Assembly (NCBI GenBank): GCA_964016885.1
Contig: OZ024754.1
Location: 19,778,001 to 19,842,000 of the forward strand
Reading direction: 5' to 3'
Source: Eledone cirrhosa
Taxonomy: Eukaryota
DNA: 64,000 bases
Position 1 is the first letter of the stretch; the number at the start of each line of letters is the position of its first letter. The position numbers and the translations under genes are program-made. Under the pieces are notes generated by a model. It saw only the letters and a list, made by a program, of their open reading frames with translations. It did not search any database and had not been told where the DNA came from. This document shows positions 55,201 to 64,000 of this stretch, piece after piece.

Positions 55201-58200
55201 AGTTACTTTAGTTTCAACACAACCTCAGATCAAGTTACTTGCCAGACATCTACAACTGTGGCTAAAATGACTCTACCATGATATAGTTACTTTAGTTTCA
55301 ACACAGTCTTAGATCAAGTCACTGACCAGACATGTACAACTGTGGCTAAAATGACTCTTCCATGATATAGTTACTTTAGTTTCAACACATTCACAGATCA
55401 AGTCACTTGCCAGACATGTACAACTGTGGCTAAAATGACTATCAATGATATAGTTACCTTAGTTTCAACACAGTCACAGATCAAGACACTTACCAGACAT
55501 GTAAAACTGTAGCTAACATGACTCTTCCATGATATAGTTACTTTAGTTTCAACACAGTCTCAGATCAAGTTACTTGTCAGACATGTACAACTGTGGCTAA
55601 AATGACTCTTCCATGATATAGTTACTTTAGTTTGAACACAGTCTTAGATCAAGTCACTTGCCAGACATGTACAACCGTGGCTAAAATAACTCTTCCATGA
55701 TATAGTTACTTTAGTTTCAACACAGTCTCAGATAAAGTCACTTGCCAGACATGTACAACTGTAGCTAAAATGACTCTTCCATGATATAGTTACTTTAGTT
55801 TCAACACAATCTCAGATCAAGTCACTTACCATACATGTACAACTGTGGCTAGAATGACTCTTCCATGATATAGTTACTTTAGTTTCAACACAATCTCAGA
55901 TCAAGTCACTTGCGAGACATGTGCAACTGTGGCTAGAATGACTCTTCAATGATATAGTTACTTTAGTTTCAACACAATCTCAGATCAAGTCACTTGCCAG
56001 ACATCTACAACTGGGGCTAAAATGACTCTTCCATGATACAGTTACTTTAGTTTGAACACAGTCTTAGATCAAGTCACTGACCAGACATGTACAACTGTGG
56101 ATAAAATGACTCTTCCATGATATAGTTACTTTAGTTTCAACACATTCACAGATCAAGTCACTTGCCAGACATGTACAACTGTGGCTAAAATGACTATCCA
56201 TGATATAGTTACCTTAGTTTCAACACAGTCACAAATCAAGACACTTACCAGACATGTAAAACTGTAGCTAAAATGACTCTTCCATGATATAGTTACTTTA
56301 GTTTCAACACAATCTCAGATCAAGTCACTTACCATACATGTACAACTGTGGCTAGCATGACTCTTCCATGATATAGTTACTTTAGTTTGAACACAGTCTT
56401 AGATCAACTCACTTGCCAGACATGTACAACTGTGGCTAAAATAACTCTTCCATGATATAGTTACTTTAGTTTCAACACAGTCTCAGATAAAGTCACTTGC
56501 CAGACATGTACAACTGTGGCTAAAATGACTCTTCCATGATATAGTTACTTTCGTTTCAACACAGTCTCAGATAAAGTCACTTGCCAGACATGTACAACTG
56601 TGGCTAAAATAACTCTTCCATGATATAGTTACTTTAGTTTCAACACAGTCTCAGATAAAGTCATTTGCCAGACATGTACAACTGTGGCTAAAATAACTCT
56701 TCCATGATATAGTTACTTTAGTTTCAACACAGTCTCAGATAAAGTCACTTGCCAGACATGTACAACTGTGGCTAAAATAACTCTTCGATGATATAGTTAC
56801 TTTAGTTTCAACACAGTCTCAGATAAAGTCACTTGCCAGACATGTACAACTGTGGCTAAAATAACTCTTCCATGATATAGTTACTTTCGTTTCAACACAG
56901 TCTCAGATCAAGTCACTTGCCAGACATGTACAACTGTGACTAAATTGATTCTTCCATGATATAGTTACTTTAGTTTCAACACAATCTCAGATCAAGTCAC
57001 TTACCATACATGTACGACTGTGGCTAGAATGACTCTTCCATGATATAGTTACTTTAGTTTCAACACAGTCACAGATCAAGACAGTTACCAGACATGTAAA
57101 ACTGAAGCTAACATGACTCTTCCATGATATAGTTACTTTAGTTTCAACACAGTCTCAGATCAAGTCACTTGTCAGACATGTACAACAGTGGCTAAAATGA
57201 CTCTTCCATGATATAGTTACTTTTGTTTGAACACAGTCTTAGATCAAGTCACTTGCCCGACATGTACAACTGTGGCTAAAATAACTCTTCCATGATAAAG
57301 TTACTTTAGTTTCAACACAGTCACAGATCAAGTCACTTGCCAGACATGTACAACTGTGGCTAAAATCGCTCTTCCATGATATAGTTACTTTAGTTTCAAC
57401 ACAGTCTCAGATCAAGTCACTTGCCACACATGTACAACTGTGGCTAAAATGACTCTTCCATGATATAGTTATTTCAGATTCAAGACGGTCTCAGATCAAG
57501 TCACTTGCCAGACATGTACAACTGTGGCTAAAATGACTTTTCCATGATATAGTTACTTTAGTCTCAACACAGTCACAAATCAAGTCACTTACCAGGGATG
57601 TACAACTGTGGCTAAAATGATTCTTTCATGATATAGTTACTTTAGTTTCAACACAGTCTCAGATCAAGTCACTTGCCAGACATGTACAACTGTGACTAAA
57701 ATGACTCTTCCATGATATAGTTACTTTAGTTTCAACACAGTCTCAGATCAAGTCACTTGCCAGACATGTACCACTGTTGCTAAAATGACTCTTCCATGAT
57801 ATAGTTACTTTAGTTTCAACACATTCACAGATCAAGTCACTTGCCAGACATGTACAACAGTGGCTAAAATGACTATCCATGATATAGTTACTTTAGTTTC
57901 AACACAACCTCAGATCAAGTTACTTGCCAGACATCTACAACTGTCGCTAAAATGACTCTACCATGATATAGTTACTTTAGTTTCAACACAGTCTTAGATC
58001 AAGTCACTGACCAGACATGTACAACTGTGGCTAAAATGACTCTTCCATGATATAGTTACTTTAGTTTCAACACATTCACAGATCAAGTCACTTGCCAGAC
58101 ATGTACAACTGTGGCTAAAATGACTCTTCCCTGATATAGTTACTTTAGTTTGAACCCAGTCTTAGATCAAGTCACTTGCCAGACATGTACAACCGTGGCT

Positions 58201-60517
58201 AAAATAACTCTTCCATGATATAGTTACTTTAGTTTCAACACAGTCTCAGATAAAGTCACTTGCCAGACATCTACAACTGTGGCTAAAATGACTCTTCCAT
58301 GATATAGTTACTTTAGTTTCAACACAGTCTCAGAACAAGTCACTTGCCAGACATGTACAACTGTAGCTAAAATGACTCTTCCATGATATAGTTACTTTAG
58401 TTTCAACACAATCTCAGATCAAGTCACTTACCATACATGTACAACTGTGGCTAGAATGACTCTTCCATGATATAGTTACTTTAGTTTCAACACAATCTCA
58501 GATCAAGTCACTTGCCAGACATGTGCAACTGTGGCTAGAATGACTCTTCAATGATATAGTTACTTTAGTTTCAACACAATCTCAGATCAAGTCACTTGCC
58601 AGACATCTACAACTGGGGCTAAAATGACTCTTCCATGATACAGTTACTTTAGTTTGAACACAGTCTTAGATCAAGTCACTGACCAGACATGTACAACTGT
58701 GGATAAAATGACTCTTCCATGATATAGTTACTTTAGTTTCAACACATTCACAGATCAAGTCACTTGCCAGACATGTACAACTGTGGCTAAATTGACTATC
58801 CATGACATAGTTACTTTAGTTTCAACACAGTCTTAGATCAAGTCACTGACCAGACATGTACAACTGTGGCTAAAATGACTCTTCCATGATATAGTTACTT
58901 TAGTTTCAACACGTTCACAGATCAAGTCACTTGCCAGACATGTACAACTGTGGCTAAAATGACTATCCATGATATAGTTACCTTAGTTTCAACACAGTAA
59001 CAAATCAAGACACTTACCAGACATGTAAAACTGTAGCTAAAATGACTCTTCCGTGATATAGTTACTTTAGTTTCAACACAATCTCAGATCTAGTCACTTG
59101 CCAGACATGTACAACTGTGGCTAAAATGACTCTTCCATGATATAGTTACTTTAGTTTCAACACAGTCTCAGATCAAGTCACTTGCCAGACATGTACAACT
59201 TTTGCTAAAATGACTCTTCCATGATATAGTTACTTTAGTTTCAACACATTCACAGATCAAGTCACTTGCCAGACATGTACAACAGTGGCTAAAATGAGTA
59301 TCCATGATATAGTTACTTTAGTTTCAACACAACCTCAGATCAAGTTACTTGCCAGACATCTACAACTGTGGCTAAAATGACTCTACCATGATATAGTTAC
59401 TTTAGTTTCAACACAGTCTTAGATCAAGTCACTGACCAGACATGTACAACTGTGGCTAAAATGACTCTTCCATGATATAGTTACTTTAGTTTCAACACAT
59501 TCACAGATCAAGTCACTTGCCAGACATGTACAACTGTGGCTAAAATGACTATCAATGATATAGTTACCTTAGTTTCAACACAGTCACAGATCAAGACACT
59601 TACCAGACATGTAAAACTGTAGCTAACATGACTCTTCCATGATATAGTTACTTTAGTTTCAACACAGTCTCAGATCAAGTTACTTGTCAGACATGTACAA
59701 CTGTGGCTAAAATGACTCTTCCATGATATAGTTACTTTAGTTTGAACACAGTCTTAGATCAAGTCACTTGCCAGACATGTACAACCGTGGCTAAAATAAC
59801 TCTTCCATGATATAGTTACTTTAGTTTCAACACAGTCTCAGATAAAGTCACTTGCCAGACATGTACAACTGTAGCTAAAATGACTCTTCCATGATATAGT
59901 TACTTTAGTTTCAACACAATCTCAGATCAAGTCACTTACCATACATGTACAACTGTGGCTAGAATGACTCTTCCATGATATAGTTACTTTAGTTTCAACA
60001 CAATCTCAGATCAAGTCACTTGCGAGACATGTGCAACTGTGGCTAGAATGACTCTTCAATGATATAGTTACTTTAGTTTCAACACAATCTCAGATCAAGT
60101 CACTTGCCAGACATCTACAACTGGGGCTAAAATGACTCTTCCATGATACAGTTACTTTAGTTTGAACACAGTCTTAGATCAAGTCACTGACCAGACATGT
60201 ACAACTGTGGATAAAATGACTCTTCCATGATATAGTTACTTTAGTTTCAACACATTCACAGATCAAGTCACTTGCCAGACATGTACAACTGTGGCTAAAA
60301 TGACTATCCATGATATAGTTACCTTAGTTTCAACACAGTCACAAATCAAGACACTTACCAGACATGTAAAACTGTAGCTAAAATGACTCTTCCATGATAT
60401 AGTTACTTTAGTTTCAACACAATCTCAGATCAAGTCACTTACCATACATGTACAACTGTGGCTAGCATGACTCTTCCATGATATAGTTACTTTAGTTTGA
60501 ACACAGTCTTAGATCAA
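52267..60517. repeat. Tandem block duplication, period 4110 bp (49 monomers), two copies
   Basis: Rare markers sit at a constant 4110 offset: ACTGAAGCTA 52991/57101, TGAACCCAGT 54041/58151, AAAATGAGTA 55181/59291, AAATCGCT 53253/57363. The match breaks at 52266/56376 and 56408/60518. Confidence 0.93.
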
Positions 60518-63500
60518 GTCACTTAACAGACATGTACAACTGTGGCTAAAATGACTCTTCCATGATATAGTTACTTTAGTTTGAACACAGTCTTAGAGCA
60601 ACTCACTTGCCAGACATGTACAACTGGGGCTAAAATAACTCTTCCATGATATAGTTACTTTAGTTTCAACACAGTCTCAGATAAAGTCACTTGCCAGACA
60701 TGTACAACTGTGGCTAAAATAACTCTTCCATGATATAGTTACTTTAGTTTCAACACAATCTCAGATAAAATCACTTGCCAGACATGTACAACTGTGGCTA
60801 AAATAACTCTTCGATGATATAGTTACTTTAGTTTCAACACAGTCTTAGATAAAGTCACTTGCCAGACATGTACAACTGTGGCTAAAATAACTCTTCCATG
60901 ATATAGTTACTTTCGTTTCAACACAGTCTCAGATCAAGTCACTTGCCAGACATGTACAACTGTTGCTAAAATGACTCTTCCATGATATAGTTACTTTAGT
61001 TTCAACACAGTCTTAGATAAAGTCACTTGCCAGACATGTACAACTGTGACTAAATTGATTCTTCCATGATATAGTTACCTTAGTTTCAACACAATCTCAG
61101 ATCAAGTCACTTACCATACATGTACGACTGTGGCTAGAATGACTCTTCCATGATATAGTTACTTTAGTTTCAACACAGTCACAGATCAAGACAGTTACCA
61201 GACATGTAAAACTGTAGCTAACATGACTCTTCCATGATATAGTTACTTTAGTTTCAACACAGTCTCAGATCAAGTCACTTGTCAGACATGTACAACAGTG
61301 GCTAAAATGACTCTTCCATAATATAGTTACTTTAGTTTGAACACAGTCACAAATCAAGTCACTTACCAGGGATGTACAACTGTGGCTAAAATGATTCTTT
61401 CATGATATATTTACTTTAGTTTCAACACAGTCTCAGATCAAGTCACTTGCCAGACATGTACAACTGTGACTAAAATGACTCTTCCATGATATAGTTACTT
61501 TAGTTTCAACACAGTTTCAGATCAAGTCACTTGCCAGACATGTACAACTGTTGCTAAAATGACTCTTCCATGATATAGTTATTTCAGATTCAAGACGGTC
61601 TCAGATCAAGTCACTTGCCAGACATGTACAACTGTGGCTAAAATGACTTTTCCATGATATAGTTACTTTAGTTTCAACACAGTCACAAATCAAGTCACTT
61701 ACCAGGGATATACAACTGTGGCTAAAATGATTCTTTCGTGATATAGTTACTTTAGTTTCAACACAGTCTCAGATCAAGTCACTTGCCAGACATGTACAAC
61801 TGTGACTAAAATGACTCTTCCATGATATAGTTACTTTAGTTTCAACACAGTCTCAGATCAAGTCACTTGCCAGACATGTACAACTGTTGCTAAAATGACT
61901 CTTCCATGATATAGTTACTTTAGTTTCAACACATTCACAGATCAAGTCACTTGCCAGACATGTACAACAGTGGCTAAAATGACTATCCATGATATAGTTA
62001 CTTTAGTTTCAACACAACCTCAGATCAAGTTACTTGCCAGACATCTACAACTGTGGCTACAATGACTCTACCATGATATAGTTACTTTAGTTTCAACACA
62101 GTCTTAGATCAAGTCACTGACCAGACATGTACAACTGTGGCTAAAATGACTCTTCCATGATATAGTTACTTTAGTTTCAACACATTCACAGATCAAGTCA
62201 CTTGCCAGACATGTACAACTGTGGCTAAAATGACTATCAATGATATAGTTACCTTAGTTTCAACACAGTCACAGATCAAGACACTTACCAGACATGTAAA
62301 ACTGTAGCTAACATGACTCTTCCATGATATAGTTACTTTAGTTTCAACACAGTCTCAGATCAGGTTACTTGTCAGACATGTACAACTGTGGCTAAAATGA
62401 CTCTTCCATGATATAGTTACTTTAGTTTGAACACGGTCTCAGATAAAGTCACTTGCCAGACATCTACAACTGTGGCTAAAATGACTCTTCCATGATATAG
62501 TTACTTTAGTTTCAACACAGTCTCAGATCAAGTCACTTGCCAGACATGTACAACTGTAGCTAAAATGACTCTTCCATGATATAGTTACTTTAGTTTCAAC
62601 ACAATCTCAGATAAAGTCACTTACCATACATGTACAACTGTGGCTAGAATGACTCTTCCATGATATAGTTACTTTAGTTTCAACACAATCTCAGATCAAG
62701 TCACTTGCGAGACATGTGCAACTGTGGCTAGAATGACTCTTCAATGATATAGTTACTTTAGTTTCAACACAATCTCAGATCAAGTCACTTACCATACATG
62801 TACAACTGTGGCTAGAATGACTCTTCCATGATATAGTTACTTTAGTTTGAACACAGTCTTAGATCAAGTCACTTATCAGACATGTACAACTGTGGCTAAA
62901 ATGACTCTTCCATGATATAGTTACTTTAGTTTGAACACAGTCTTAGAGCAAGTCACTTGCCAGACATGTACAACTGTGGCTAAAATGACTCTTGCATGAT
63001 ATAGTTACTTTAGTTTCAACACATTCACAGATCAAATCACTTGCCAGACATGTACAACTGTGGCTAAAATAACTCTTCCATGATATAGTTACCTTAGTTT
63101 CAACACAGTCACAGATCAAGACACTTACCAGACATGTAAAACTGTAGCTAACATGACTCTTCCATGATATATTTACTTTAGTTTCAACACAGTCTCAGAT
63201 CAAGTCACTTGTCAGACATGTACGACTGTGGCTAAAATGACTCTTCCATGATATAGTTACTTTAGTTTGAACACAGTCTTAGATCAAGTCACTTGCCAGA
63301 CATGTGCAACTGTGGCTAAAATGACTCTTCCATGATATAGTTACTTTAGTTTCAACACATTCACAGATCAGGTCACTTGCCAGACATGTACAACTGTGGC
63401 TAAAATGACTATCCATGATATAGTTACTTTAGTTTCAACACAGTCACAGATCATGACACTTACCAGACATGTAAAACTGTAGCTAACATGACTCTTCCAT

Positions 63501-64000
63501 GATATAGTTACTTTAGTTTGAACACAGTCTTAGATCAAGTCACTTGCCAGACATCTACAACTGTGGCTAAAATGACTCTTCCATGATATAGTTACTTTAG
63601 TTTCAACACAGTCTCAGATCAAGTCACTTGCCAGACATGTACAACTGTGGCTGAAATGACTCTTCCATGATATAGTTACTTTAGTTTCAACACAATCTCA
63701 GATCAAGTCACTTACCATACATGTACAACTGTGGCTAGAATGACTCTTCCATGATATAGTTACTTTAGTTTCAACACAGTTTCAGATCAAGTCACTTGCC
63801 AGACGTGTACAACTGTGGCTAAAATGACTCTTCCATGATATAGTTACTTTAGTTTCAACACATTCACAGATCAAGTCACTTGCCAGACATGTACAACTGT
63901 GGCTAGAATGACTCTTCCATGATATAGTTACTTTAGTTCCAACACAATCTCAGATCAAGTCACTTGCGAGACATGTGCAACTGTGGCTAGAATCACTCTT

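Larger units (their letters stand above)
1..64000. repeat. 84-bp tandem satellite array, about 760 head-to-tail monomers, running off both window ends
   Basis: TAGTTACTTT recurs at 1, 85, 169, 253 and so on (period 84). The same consensus is readable on every line up to 64000 in the same orientation. Monomers differ by a few substitutions. Recurrent 1-bp deletions (ACTATCC, ATAGTACT, CTTGCATAC) give 83-bp units. Confidence 0.99.

Noticed and set aside
1-64000. Giant repeat protein via UGA recoding (Sec, Trp or Cys): three consensus frames have a single TGA per monomer, and the minus-strand TGA alternates with TGT
   Set aside because: Common variants put TAA or TAG in each of these frames (TCTTAGA gives TAA on -, AAA TAA CTC, TTC TAG ACA, ATC TAA GAT). 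Frequent 1-bp deletions shift the frame about every kb, which is incompatible with coding constraint.
1-64000. CRISPR-like repeat-spacer array
   Set aside because: There are no unique spacers. The whole 84 bp is repeated with only point variation, and no cas genes are present.

Overview
The whole 64 kb is one uninterrupted head-to-tail array of an 84-bp satellite, about 760 monomers, all in one orientation. The consensus is TAGTTACTTTAGTTTCAACACAGTCTCAGATCAAGTCACTTGCCAGACATGTACAACTGTGGCTAAAATGACTCTTCCATGATA (about 38% GC by hand count, no CpG). I see no genes, RNA genes, transposon insertions or CRISPR spacers, and the four listed ORFs are by-products of one stop-codon polymorphism in a unit whose length is divisible by 3. 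The informative structure lies inside the array: (i) each monomer is an imperfect fold-back with nested palindromes; (ii) diagnostic variants divide the array into sequence domains (about 1-18, 18-38, 38-43.5 and 43.5-64 kb); (iii) there are recent multi-kb tandem block duplications of 49, 44 and 21 monomers, plus older rearranged copies, but no fixed higher-order period. This fits eukaryotic (peri)centromeric or heterochromatic satellite DNA, but neither the organism nor a function can be read from the sequence. I found no supportable evidence of a novel gene system. All offsets were measured by hand from rare marker variants, not from a computed alignment.
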